A stretch of 25,343 bases of DNA from a virus (taxonomy: Duplodnaviria; Caudoviricetes), in IMG/VR virus record IMGVR_UViG_3300014613_000100, positions 1-25,343 of that record; one strand, written 5' to 3'. Position 1 is the stretch's first letter. Each line of letters starts with the position of its first letter. A model generated the notes under the pieces. That model ran no database searches. It was given only the letters and a program-made list of their open reading frames with translations, and had not been told where the DNA came from. The position numbers and the translations under genes are program-made. This document shows, in pieces, positions 9,530 to 17,744 of the stretch.

Positions 9530-9761
9530 TAATTTTCTCCTTAATATTAATTTCCTTATCCATGGCTTCAATCATATTATCTTCGCATTCCTCAATTTTA
9601 AAACCAAAAGAATAAAAAAGTTCATCCAAATATACATCTAATTCTGTCATTAAAAAGACCATTTCTCCTTCATCAAGGATCTTTTTTGCTTCCATATATT
9701 TTGGAAATACACTCAAAGCAATATATTTTCTAATAGAACTTTCAATTTCACTATATTCCAT
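9513..9761 (-). CDS. Hypothetical protein
   Basis: 82-aa ORF with RBS AAGGA downstream of promoter. Confidence 0.65.
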   Translation of the reverse strand: MEYSEIESSIRKYIALSVFPKYMEAKKILDEGEMVFLMTELDVYLDELFYSFGFKIEECEDNMIEAMDKEINIKEKINDINE

Positions 9762-9787
9762 AATAGTCCTTTCGACATTTTTTATAC

Positions 9788-9816
9788 ATTATAACATTAA
9801 TTGATTATTTTGTAAA
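9788..9816 (-). promoter_or_regulatory. Promoter TTTACA-N17-TATAAT
   Basis: Exact motif upstream of the clamp-loader operon. Confidence 0.75.
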
Positions 9817-9832
9817 CTATAATTTTTAATAA

Positions 9833-9915
9833 TGGAGCCATCACGGGGATTTGAACCCACGATTTCCACCATCCACCATACCAAGGTGGCGTGCTACCAA
9901 TTACACTATGACGGC
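9833..9915 (-). tRNA. tRNA-Thr(GGT) with 7-nt duplication in the variable region
   Basis: Acceptor GCCGTCA/TGATGGC, CCACC-TTGGTAT-GGTGG, GTTCAAATC, encoded CCA. Confidence 0.88.
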
Positions 9916-10403
9916 TTTTTTAGGTAGGATTCAAGAACTTCTAAAGAAACGGGAAAATAATTCCATTGGTCAACACCTACATTGACCACATTTTTTATTC
10001 TCTTGAATAAAGTATGAACATGGCCACAAAACCATGTTTTTTCTGGGGCTACTATAGCACATGCCGGATCATGTCTTAAAATATATCCATCAACTTCCAG
10101 AGCGGTATGGACACTTATGAAACCAACTTCTTCATAATCAAATGGTTTAAATCTATCATGATTTCCAAGTATAAGGTATTTCCTACAATTAATTTTCTTA
10201 ACAAGTGATTCTATATAAGGCTTCTTTTCAGGACCAAAAACGGTTAAATCGCCGATAATAAATAATTCATCTTCCGGTTTTAAAACCTTATTAAAATTTT
10301 TAATAAGGGTTGTATCCATCTTTGCTGTATTCTTAAATGGACGCTTACAAAGTCTAATTATATCGTTTTCACCAAAATGAGTATCCGCGGTAAAATATCG
10401 CAT
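9906..10403 (-). CDS. Calcineurin-like metallophosphoesterase
   Basis: DTHFG, GD, GNHD, RHDP, GHVH motifs. Confidence 0.9.
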   Translation of the reverse strand: MRYFTADTHFGENDIIRLCKRPFKNTAKMDTTLIKNFNKVLKPEDELFIIGDLTVFGPEKKPYIESLVKKINCRKYLILGNHDRFKPFDYEEVGFISVHTALEVDGYILRHDPACAIVAPEKTWFCGHVHTLFKRIKNVVNVGVDQWNYFPVSLEVLESYLKKPS

Positions 10404-10418
10404 TATAAATTCCTTTCT

Positions 10419-10492
10419 TGGAGCCCTTTAGCGGAATTGAACCGCCGTCTTCGGTTTACGGGACCGACATTCTACCAATTAAAATAAAGGGC
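10419..10492 (-). tRNA. tRNA-Thr(CGT), atypical
   Basis: GCCCTTT/AAAGGGC, TCGGT-CCCGTAA-ACCGA, TTCAATT, CCA; about 2 nt short before the D arm, C33. Confidence 0.7.
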
Positions 10493-10495
10493 AAT

Positions 10496-10750
10496 TTAAA
10501 ATACTATTTCATATAAATGTTCTATATAAGTTTTATTGTCATCTAATGCTGTTCCTATATAAACAGAATTATCAGGAATTACACCGCCTGTCATAACAGA
10601 TTGAAATTTTCTATATTCTTTTAATCCTTTTACAACATTCACACTACACCATATCATTAACTTTCCATATTGAAAATCTACTTTCAATATTTCTGTTCCT
10701 ATAGGTAAATCCATAACATTTTTAACTTCATATTTATAAACCTTTCTCAC
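10496..10750 (-). CDS. Hypothetical phage protein
   Basis: 84 aa, GTG start with RBS GGAGG; YIGT...HLYE pattern. Confidence 0.7.
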   Translation of the reverse strand: MRKVYKYEVKNVMDLPIGTEILKVDFQYGKLMIWCSVNVVKGLKEYRKFQSVMTGGVIPDNSVYIGTALDDNKTYIEHLYEIVF

Positions 10751-10770
10751 AATTTACCTCCTAAAATTAT

Positions 10771-11013
10771 TTAAGTATATTTCCACCTTACAATTAAATT
10801 TAACATAAATACCGGCAATACAATTCCAAATGCAAAAAAAGGTGTTATATGTAATAATACCATTCCATACATTTCAGTTTTACCTGGGTTCATAACTTCG
10901 CTAATAGAAAAGGCAAATATCCAGGGTATTATATTATAAGTTGTTGTCCTTATAAGCCCTTCATAAGTATATCTAAAAATAAAACACCTCCTGTTATTCA
11001 AGCCTCCTACCAA
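10771..11013 (-). CDS. Hypothetical membrane protein (start uncertain)
   Basis: Hydrophobic C-terminal segments. Confidence 0.4.
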   Translation of the reverse strand: MVGGLNNRRCFIFRYTYEGLIRTTTYNIIPWIFAFSISEVMNPGKTEMYGMVLLHITPFFAFGIVLPVFMLNLIVRWKYT

Positions 11014-11407
11014 GTAATTCTTCTACTTGGCCTTGATTATTTTTCCATGTTTTAGCTGTTTCTTCATGTGATGCATTTACACCATGAAGAAGTTCCTTAC
11101 ATTCAAATGGTTTAACTGGATGTATCTCGCATAATTCATATTCAGTAAAAAATACACATCTACCTATAGGATTACCAGGATATTCTTTACCTGGTTCCTT
11201 ATCCATAATTGCTGGAGCCAATAAATATATATTTTTAGGATAATTAACCCACCAATCAACCATAAGTTTAGTGTGAAATAATTCTTTCAATGATATATTT
11301 AAATATTCAGCAACCTTTTCAGCTTCACCAGGTATAAACCAACCAGGTTTATAGAAACATGCATTTCTACACCTACGACACTTACATGATTCCTTAGTCC
11401 CTTTCAT
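10994..11407 (-). CDS. YkgJ-family cysteine-cluster (Zn/Fe-S) protein
   Basis: CxCxxCxxxC...CVFF....CEIHPVKPFECK. Confidence 0.75.
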   Translation of the reverse strand: MKGTKESCKCRRCRNACFYKPGWFIPGEAEKVAEYLNISLKELFHTKLMVDWWVNYPKNIYLLAPAIMDKEPGKEYPGNPIGRCVFFTEYELCEIHPVKPFECKELLHGVNASHEETAKTWKNNQGQVEELLGRRLE

Positions 11408-11515
11408 TATATTTTATCCTTTCTTATATAATCCTTTGTAAAACGTTCCAATGTGATGTCTTCCACTTTTCTGTTTGTTTTGTTCCTTTTAAAGCCATAA
11501 TCTATAAAATTTCTC

Positions 11516-12214
11516 CTAATACGGATAATTATATATTTCCATCTTGTTATTATATGCCCAAACCCACATGTCCCTACGGAGTTTTGCCCTATATACTCTA
11601 CCTTCAAACATTCTTTTCAAATTATAAAAAACAATACCTTCGGCCATAACCTTATTGCCCATTTTACCAGAGAAAAGAGAAAATAAATAATCTTTAAACC
11701 ATAAACTCCAATTCTCAAATGTTCTATCATGTTGGTGAAATGATTTATATCTAAGGTGTTTAATAGCCTTTTCAAATGGATACCAAATATTATAATTTAA
11801 ACCATAAATATTTTGTTGAATTTTATTACCTACCACTTCACCGGCTTGTTCTCCGTCTCTTTGAATATAACTCTTTGATATAGCTCTAAAAACTCCTTCT
11901 ATTATAGCAAGTTTACCCTTGGCTTGAAAAAGGTTCAATGGATCAATTTGATTGGTCCTATTGTATAATGAAACCAATTTTCCGTTTTCTGTAAGAAGTT
12001 TTACATTGGTTCCATCAAGTTTTTCTACCGCGAATGTATTAGGATCATCAATTACCCATTCATAACCAGGTGTAACCTCAGGTGTAACCAAATATACTTC
12101 TGGAGATCTTAATTGAAGTTCTTTACCATATTTTATCCAATCATCTCTATTAATTTTATAGGTTTTACGAATAAATGGACAAAGCATTTTTGGATAATTT
12201 GATAATTCTTTCAT
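11516..12214 (-). CDS. ATP-dependent RNA ligase-like nucleotidyltransferase
   Basis: Motif I EKLDGTN, GE, EGIVF, AKLR; no OB domain. Confidence 0.8.
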   Translation of the reverse strand: MKELSNYPKMLCPFIRKTYKINRDDWIKYGKELQLRSPEVYLVTPEVTPGYEWVIDDPNTFAVEKLDGTNVKLLTENGKLVSLYNRTNQIDPLNLFQAKGKLAIIEGVFRAISKSYIQRDGEQAGEVVGNKIQQNIYGLNYNIWYPFEKAIKHLRYKSFHQHDRTFENWSLWFKDYLFSLFSGKMGNKVMAEGIVFYNLKRMFEGRVYRAKLRRDMWVWAYNNKMEIYNYPY

Positions 12215-12426
12215 TTATCCTCCTTTATCCTCCTTTATATATACAACAATATGGGCACATATCATATATTTTTAAACAATAAAATGCTCCACAATTCTCA
12301 CATTTACACATTATCTAACTCCCTCTGCATATCTAAATATTCACCTAAAATTTCACCTGTATTTTTTAATAACAGAAATAGCTAAAGTCCCATCTAAATC
12401 TATATCAGCTCACGATAACATATTTT

Positions 12427-12741
12427 TTATCCTTTCATATATTGTTTTTTCTTTTTCCTTTTTTTCCATGATTTTTTTATAAATAAATCTCCACGAGGAT
12501 ATTCATCCCATGTATCAGGAAGATTCTTTGGTTTTCTTTTACACCGAATTCCACACTGACCTATATGAGCATAATACATTTTTTTTTCTTGTGTGGTTGA
12601 TAACCTTCTATTCCAATTACCTCCTCTAAAACGAAAAATAAAAGGTACAGGATCCATACGAAAACGAAAAAATTGACAAAATTTTTTAATACCAGGAATA
12701 TAAATCCATCTTCCACGATATAAAATTTCACCATATTCCAT
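12427..12741 (-). CDS. Hypothetical basic protein
   Basis: 104 aa, RBS AGGAGG; LPDTWDEYPR...KSWK. Confidence 0.65.
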   Translation of the reverse strand: MEYGEILYRGRWIYIPGIKKFCQFFRFRMDPVPFIFRFRGGNWNRRLSTTQEKKMYYAHIGQCGIRCKRKPKNLPDTWDEYPRGDLFIKKSWKKRKKKKQYMKG

Positions 12742-12922
12742 TTTTTAACCTCCTAAATTTTTAATAAACTTAAAAGGTATCAAACATCCAATAAATCATA
12801 TTATTTCCTTTCTAAAATTAATGGTAAACGGAGGTGACCTGTTCGAGTTTGTGATCTCCACTTTAAGCCTTAGCTGTTGCTGGTACCTCTACACAATTTT
12901 TATATCGTTTACCAAAAAATAA

Positions 12923-12997
12923 TGGAGGTCCTATAGGGAGTCAAACCCTAAACAAATCGTGTTGCGGACGATAGCCTTGTCACTTGGATATAGGACC
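12923..12997 (-). tRNA. tRNA-Cys(GCA), divergent
   Basis: GGTCCTA/TAGGACC, ATCGT-CCGCAAC-ACGAT, U73, CCA; D-loop lacks GG, T-loop TTTGACT. Confidence 0.75.
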
Positions 12998-13149
12998 AAA
13001 ACCGGGAAAGACTTATTCACTAATGTATATCTAGTGGCCACCAGATAAGGTATTAGGGATCCCTCAGCAAAGCCTTCCAACTATTCCTTTATTGGGATCA
13101 TTTTGAGGAGTTGTATAAGAACAACTCAACCCCTTTTATATACTAAAAT

Positions 13150-13241
13150 TGGTACTCCCTCAGGGAGTCGAACCCCGATCTCACACCAATCTAGTGTTTA
13201 CGCCGTATAAAGACGCTGTTTTACCATTAAACTAAGGGAGC
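13150..13241 (-). tRNA. tRNA-Ile(TAT) with long variable arm
   Basis: GCTCCCT/AGGGAGT, GCGTC-TTTATAC-GGCGT, V-arm CACT-AGATT-GGTG, TTCGACT, CCA. Confidence 0.85.
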
Positions 13242-13246
13242 AAAAA

Positions 13247-13935
13247 TTATGGCACAGTGGACTAAAGTACCTGTGCCTTCCAGAATACCGTTAAGGATAT
13301 ATTATCCAAGGCTTTCAGCCCATTTCACAAATATTCCAGAAAAACTGGACAATAATATAGGATTTTTATGATATAAGATTTTCCGGAATTATTATATTAC
13401 TCACAGAAGTCTAATAACCCGTCGGTTGCCCACGGAAACTCCTCATACTCCATTGCCAACTTAATAAAATTGTTGTGGCATTTTTTATTACATCATGAGT
13501 GTACTACCCATTTATAACTGGAAGGACTCGCCACGGGAACCTTCATTACCCATATAATAATGGATCATGGGGCCGACATATTTCAAATATGCTAAAAATA
13601 ACTAAATAGTTATCACGGTTATCCCATAATCCATTATAATTTAGGGAATGAAAAGAGAGATTTGTACTCTCAACGGAGAGACAAGTAACTTGTAATTAAG
13701 TGTTCTCCGAACCTGAACCCGTATGTCTACGATTTGGTGTCATAACATTATAGACATTATGGAGACATTATCGGCCTGATATATATCAGTTCTACCCACA
13801 ATACTTTACATAATATCCTTTCTGTTATGAACGGTCACCTGGGCACAATCCCTGTTCAGTTAAGTTATCGGCCTTATCAACCGACTTTTCCTTACATTTT
13901 CAATTTACTCCCCGCCAGGAGTAAATTTTCCCCAA
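13247..13935 (-). ncRNA. Candidate large structured ncRNA (~690 nt)
   Basis: No ORF >=60 aa, dense hairpins, a long-range helix, dedicated promoter, ends just before a tRNA. Confidence 0.6.
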
Positions 13936-13951
13936 AATCTTTAATATCCTT

Positions 13952-13980
13952 ATTATAACAAAATTTATATAAAAAGTAAA
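13952..13980 (-). promoter_or_regulatory. Promoter TTTACT-N17-TATAAT
   Basis: Motif with extended TG immediately upstream of the ncRNA candidate. Confidence 0.75.
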
Positions 13981-13997
13981 TATTTTATTTTTAAAAG

Positions 13998-14070
13998 AGC
14001 AGATACCCGGATTCGGACCGGAACTTTAGCGTCGGCAACGCCACGTGCTACCATTAAACACCATACCTGC
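13998..14070 (-). tRNA. tRNA-Gly(GCC)
   Basis: GCAGGTA/TATCTGC, TGGCG-TTGCCGA-CGCTA, U73; CCA not encoded. Confidence 0.88.
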
Positions 14071-14283
14071 TTATTCATTGAACTCAAAACCTAATTCTTC
14101 TAAACATTCTACCACAAGGGAATTCCCAATTAGATCACTATCATATTCACAATCCCAATCTTGACTCCATAACGCTTCTATTAAAGTTTTTATAATCTCT
14201 TTTTTATCACCATCATTTATATCCATATATATAATTGGATCAACCACACTATCAAATATATATGTACCTGAACACCATCCCAT
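14071..14283 (-). CDS. Hypothetical phage protein
   Basis: MGWCSGT...QDWDCEYDS; RBS AGGAGG. Confidence 0.7.
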   Translation of the reverse strand: MGWCSGTYIFDSVVDPIIYMDINDGDKKEIIKTLIEALWSQDWDCEYDSDLIGNSLVVECLEELGFEFNE

Positions 14284-14302
14284 TTATATAATCCTCCTTT
14301 AA

Positions 14303-14374
14303 TGATCTTTAGGAAACTCGAACTCCCATCTACGGCTTGAGAGGCTATTATCCTTTCCCGTTAGACGAAAAACC
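14303..14374 (-). tRNA. tRNA-Glu(CTC), degenerate / possible pseudogene
   Basis: CTCTCAA loop, TTCGAGT T-loop; weak acceptor and anticodon stems, no CCA. Confidence 0.55.
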
Positions 14375-14389
14375 TTAAATTAACCAATT

Positions 14390-14472
14390 TGGTAGGGGAA
14401 CCCGGACTCGAACCAGGACGCCCGAAGGCCATGGGCCTAAACCATGTGAGTAGACCGTTCCTCTATTCCCCC
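14390..14472 (-). tRNA. tRNA-Leu(TAG)
   Basis: GGGGGAA/TTCCCCT, CATGG-TTTAGGC-CCATG, V-arm GCC-TTCG-GGC, CCA. Confidence 0.9.
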
Positions 14473-14551
14473 ATATTATCCATATTTTAATGTAATTTTC
14501 TATAATAATTAGAACATAAAATATTACATTTTTATTATAATCCTTTCTTTT

Positions 14552-14643
14552 TGGAAGCGGTGGAAGGATTTGAACCTCCGAGCCCAATTAAAGGCATCCG
14601 GCTTATGAAACCGGCGAGATAGGCCAGACTTCTCAACACCGCA
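14552..14643 (-). tRNA. tRNA-Met(CAT), initiator-like, long variable arm
   Basis: U1xU72 mismatch, A11-U24, CCGGT-TTCATAA-GCCGG, ~18-nt variable region, CCA. Confidence 0.8.
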
Positions 14644-14655
14644 ATATTTAATTTT

Positions 14656-14729
14656 TGGTAGTCCCTCACGGTACTGACCCGTGTTCTCCTGGGTGTAAAC
14701 CAGGTGTTATACATTTCTACTAAGGGACT
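14656..14729 (-). tRNA. tRNA-Val(TAC), atypical T and D loops
   Basis: AGTCCCT/AGGGACT, CCTGG-TTTACAC-CCAGG, T-loop GTCAGTA, CCA. Confidence 0.8.
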
Positions 14730-14737
14730 ATAATTAC

Positions 14738-14899
14738 TTATTTTATCATAAGATGGCCAAAATGTAAAGTTCCTTTTTGGCAATTTGGACACCAAAACCA
14801 TTCAGTATGATTGATAAATTCTGATACAATATACTTTTCAACACTATGTCCGCACATTCCATAACAATCATACCTAATTTTTTTCAATAATTTTTTCAT
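14738..14899 (-). CDS. Small Zn-finger-like hypothetical protein
   Basis: MKKLLKK start after tRNA-Gly; CGH...CPNC. Confidence 0.5.
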   Translation of the reverse strand: MKKLLKKIRYDCYGMCGHSVEKYIVSEFINHTEWFWCPNCQKGTLHFGHLMIK

Positions 14900-14909
14900 T
14901 TTATTTCCT

Positions 14910-14984
14910 TGGAGCGGGTACATGGATTTAAACCATGACCTAGAGATTGGAAATCTCCTATGCTATCATTAACACCATACCCGC
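14910..14984 (-). tRNA. tRNA-Gly(TCC)
   Basis: GCGGGTA/TACCCGC, GGAGA-TTTCCAA-TCTCT, CCA. Confidence 0.88.
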
Positions 14985-14987
14985 TTA

Positions 14988-15239
14988 TTAGATATTCAAA
15001 ATAAAAATATTCTTACGTTTTGCTTTTTTACCTACCATTAATTCTGTAAATCCTTTAGGAATTTCTTTATCCCATCCATTTTTCTTTGCCTGTGATGTAG
15101 ATGGAAAAATTCCAGCATTTTTTATTATATGTGCCATAATCCAATTATCTTTTATTTCTATGAAAAAATCAGTAGGCCCAACAGGACCAAAAAATAAATC
15201 TTTATCTTTATCCGTTACATTCTTATTGATAAAATTCAT
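14988..15239 (-). CDS. Stand-alone S4-like RNA-binding domain protein
   Basis: AHIIKNAGIFPSTSQAKKNG...VGKK resembles the TyrRS C-terminal S4 motif. Confidence 0.5.
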   Translation of the reverse strand: MNFINKNVTDKDKDLFFGPVGPTDFFIEIKDNWIMAHIIKNAGIFPSTSQAKKNGWDKEIPKGFTELMVGKKAKRKNIFILNI

Positions 15240-15267
15240 AACATCACCTTTCTTTCATGAAAAATAA

Positions 15268-15810
15268 CTATTTTAACTTGTTATTTATGGTTGCCCATGA
15301 TACTCCTAACTTAATTGCTATTTGATTCTTGGACATTATTTTTCTCATTTCAAGTAAATCAATATTATCCCAATCTGCTTTCCATTGACTTTTTATATAA
15401 CATTCTCTAGAACAATTTTTCTGTGTTGTAGGTTTTTCTCTACCACATACACAACATAAGTCTTTCTTAACATCTATTTTAAATGCCACACGGTAATCTG
15501 TAAAATCATCATTAAACATCAATGCATTATCAGGAACATATATATATCCATATTCAATCAATCTATGACAATTAGCGCATACCATAACACATTTTTTTAA
15601 CTCATTGACTATACGTTTCCATGCTATATTATTTGCTCTGATTGCTCCTAATCCAAACTCTTTTTCAGTTGGGTCCAAATGATGGAAGTCAAATACTTCA
15701 TCCTGAAATTCGTTTCTACAACAACAACATTTCCTCCCAAATGCATCCACCATACGTTCTTTTGTTCTTTTTCTCCATGCCTTTACTGCCTCACTATTTT
15801 TACTCATCAT
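15268..15810 (-). CDS. HNH endonuclease
   Basis: C..C...FDFHHLDP...KCVMVCANCHR, C-terminal Zn finger and HTH; RBS GAGGAGG; TATAAATA upstream at 15842-15849. Confidence 0.85.
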   Translation of the reverse strand: MMSKNSEAVKAWRKRTKERMVDAFGRKCCCCRNEFQDEVFDFHHLDPTEKEFGLGAIRANNIAWKRIVNELKKCVMVCANCHRLIEYGYIYVPDNALMFNDDFTDYRVAFKIDVKKDLCCVCGREKPTTQKNCSRECYIKSQWKADWDNIDLLEMRKIMSKNQIAIKLGVSWATINNKLK

Positions 15811-15881
15811 ACCCTCCTCATAAAATAACATTCTCTGTTATTATTTATACAAGTACGATGATTTTTCCTTAAAATTTTGAG

Positions 15882-15970
15882 CTGCCGGGGCTGGGATCGA
15901 ACCAGCGCACCGTTTTCACGGATTACACTTGCTTAACAGGCAAGCCGCTTGCCAACTAGCGTACCCGGCA
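15882..15970 (-). tRNA. tRNA-Asn(GTT) with long variable arm
   Basis: TGCCGGG/CCCGGCA, G73, CTTGC-CTGTTAA-GCAAG, V-arm CCGT-GAAA-ACGG; no CCA. Confidence 0.85.
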
Positions 15971-15995
15971 AAAATTTTTTTATCTAACTTTCCTT

Positions 15996-16024
15996 ATTAT
16001 AACAAAATTTGATTAAAATGTAAA
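15996..16024 (-). promoter_or_regulatory. Promoter TTTACA-N17-TATAAT
   Basis: Exact motif upstream of tRNA-Asn. Confidence 0.7.
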
Positions 16025-16246
16025 TTATACTGTTTTCTTCAAACCTACTATTACGGAGAATATATCTGGTGTAGAACCATCATATTCTTCAATATCTGTA
16101 AACTCCCAAAAATTTACAACTTCTCCTAAATTTTCGGCAATAGCTTTAATTAAACTACCATCAACATTATGTCCTTCATATACCTTATTATTGTATATAT
16201 AAAGAACACTCCAATCACCATCAGGCACTGAAACAACATTATACAT
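16025..16246 (-). CDS. Hypothetical protein
   Basis: 73 aa, RBS AGGAG. Confidence 0.65.
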   Translation of the reverse strand: MYNVVSVPDGDWSVLYIYNNKVYEGHNVDGSLIKAIAENLGEVVNFWEFTDIEEYDGSTPDIFSVIVGLKKTV

Positions 16247-16252
16247 TTTATT

Positions 16253-16555
16253 TTACTCCTTATCTAATTCTTGTACATATTTACAATAAGGACATTTTAT
16301 CCATAAGACATCTTCATATCCATCGGCATAAGCAAAACATACATTTTCAATATCAGGTTTAAAATCATTATTACAATTAGAACAAAGTATTGTAAAGGTT
16401 TTAATTTCTTCTATAATGTTATCAATTTTTCCTATACTTACTGAAAATGGAGCACAATCAATATGTCCTAACATATTTTCTTCCACCATATTATATATTT
16501 CTTCTTTTGTATATTCATCATCTAAATCAATTATAATTTCTACAATGTATTTCAT
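16253..16555 (-). CDS. Hypothetical protein with Zn ribbon
   Basis: CSNC...CPYC; RBS AAGGA. Confidence 0.65.
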   Translation of the reverse strand: MKYIVEIIIDLDDEYTKEEIYNMVEENMLGHIDCAPFSVSIGKIDNIIEEIKTFTILCSNCNNDFKPDIENVCFAYADGYEDVLWIKCPYCKYVQELDKE

Positions 16556-16581
16556 CTTTCTTCCTTTCTATAATTTAAAAG

Positions 16582-16943
16582 TGGAGACGGCCGGAATCGA
16601 ACCGGCGTCCGCAAATTATCAACTTCAGTTGGATTACAATCATTATGGGTTATAATTTCTTTATATACCATGTTAAACCCACATTACATTAATATATGCA
16701 CCTGTTTAAATTGTCGGAAAATAAAGAATAACAGGAATTCAAAATCTCTTACCTTTCTAATCGGTACCTTTATAAATCCGAAAGGAAAACTTACAAGGCA
16801 GATCATTTAAGCCGCTATGGCTAGATCGTAACTATAATCGTCTGCAATTATATTTAAGTTGGTCATGTTTATAACGGGTTACATGCCATCCCGTAATTGC
16901 AACCTACATCTCATTATCCACGTCGAATACCATTTACGTCCCC
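16582..16943 (-). ncRNA. ssrA: tmRNA
   Basis: 5' GGGGACGTAAATGGTATTCGAC, 3' T-arm plus CGTCTCC-A with G3.U70; tag frame 16845-16807 encodes ADDYSYDLAIAA*. Confidence 0.95.
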
Positions 16944-17164
16944 TAATTTATACAAACCGCATTTATTTCTTTTCCTTCTAAATCCTCATCTTGGTACCAT
17001 CCACCATCATCATCATCATCAAGATGTCCTCTGGAAGGAAACCATAACACGTCTTCATAAGAATTTCCTTCATCATCACCTGCATAAACCGTCTTCATAT
17101 CAGAACATTCAGGATAATCTTTTAAAAATTCATTCAAAGATTTCACATATTCACCAAATTTCAT
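16943..17164 (-). CDS. Hypothetical acidic protein
   Basis: 73 aa, DDEGNSY...NAVCIN; RBS GGAGG. Confidence 0.7.
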   Translation of the reverse strand: MKFGEYVKSLNEFLKDYPECSDMKTVYAGDDEGNSYEDVLWFPSRGHLDDDDDGGWYQDEDLEGKEINAVCIN

Positions 17165-17188
17165 TTAATTTCCTCCATATTAATTTTC

Positions 17189-17398
17189 CTAATAATCTTT
17201 ACCTTCTATCGGAGGTTCATTATGACAAATACATCCATAATAATTACAATCAGGCATAAGCCAAGCAAAATCTCCACCACAAGTACAATTAGTAAGGACT
17301 ATTAAACAACCTTTATCAATTGCTTCCTTAAAAGATTTTGTTCGTTTATTTATTATTTTAACCTCTTTATCAATTACTTCTTTAAAATATTCATTCAT
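17189..17398 (-). CDS. Hypothetical Cys-containing protein
   Basis: CTCGG...GCICHN; RBS AAGGA. Confidence 0.6.
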   Translation of the reverse strand: MNEYFKEVIDKEVKIINKRTKSFKEAIDKGCLIVLTNCTCGGDFAWLMPDCNYYGCICHNEPPIEGKDY

Positions 17399-17412
17399 AA
17401 TTATTCCTTTCT

Positions 17413-17487
17413 TGGAGCCTCCTAACGGAATCGAACCGATTTCTCAAACTTACAAGGCTAGTATTCTACCAATTAAACTAAGGAGGC
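17413..17487 (-). tRNA. tRNA-Thr(TGT)
   Basis: GCCTCCT/AGGAGGC, CTTGTAA loop (one stem mismatch), TTCGATT, CCA. Confidence 0.85.
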
Positions 17488-17635
17488 TCAAATCACGTTA
17501 TTATAATTAAATTATTATTTTTTTACCTTTCTTTTCTTTTCCTTGTTAAAATTTTTAGGAAGAAGTTTTTCGGGCATTATTGGACCAATAAATTTAGGTA
17601 GTTTTATCACTTTTTCCATATTTTATCCTTTCTTT

Positions 17636-17709
17636 TGGAAGCCCTATTAGGATTCGAACCTAAACAATGAGAGTCAAGGTCTCATATGCTACCATTACAT
17701 CATAGAGCT
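17636..17709 (-). tRNA. tRNA-Gln(TTG)
   Basis: AGCTCTA/TAGGGCT, TGAGA-CCTTGAC-TCTCA, TTCGAAT, CCA. Confidence 0.88.
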
Positions 17710-17738
17710 ATTATATCAAATTTTATAGTAAATGTAAA
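17710..17738 (-). promoter_or_regulatory. Promoter-like TTTACA-N17-TATAAT abutting tRNA-Gln
   Basis: Exact motif, but the start site would fall inside the tRNA. Confidence 0.45.
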
Positions 17739-17744
17739 CTTTTT

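Noticed and set aside
6445-11607. ORFs 6445-6651 and 11407-11607
   Set aside because: Alternate-frame overlaps with the Ubl/E2-like and ligase genes; no independent support
13247-13935. RNase P RNA or group I intron (AGGAAAAGTC near the 5' end)
   Set aside because: No GAGGAAAGUCC with matching 3' P4 strand, no recognisable intron core or interrupted gene
14375-14801. - strand ORFs 14375-14587 and 14535-14801
   Set aside because: They read through tRNA-Leu, -Met and -Val genes
16897-17259. 120-aa + strand ORF with poly-His run
   Set aside because: His run is the antisense of an Asp run in the - strand gene; overlaps the tmRNA 5' end
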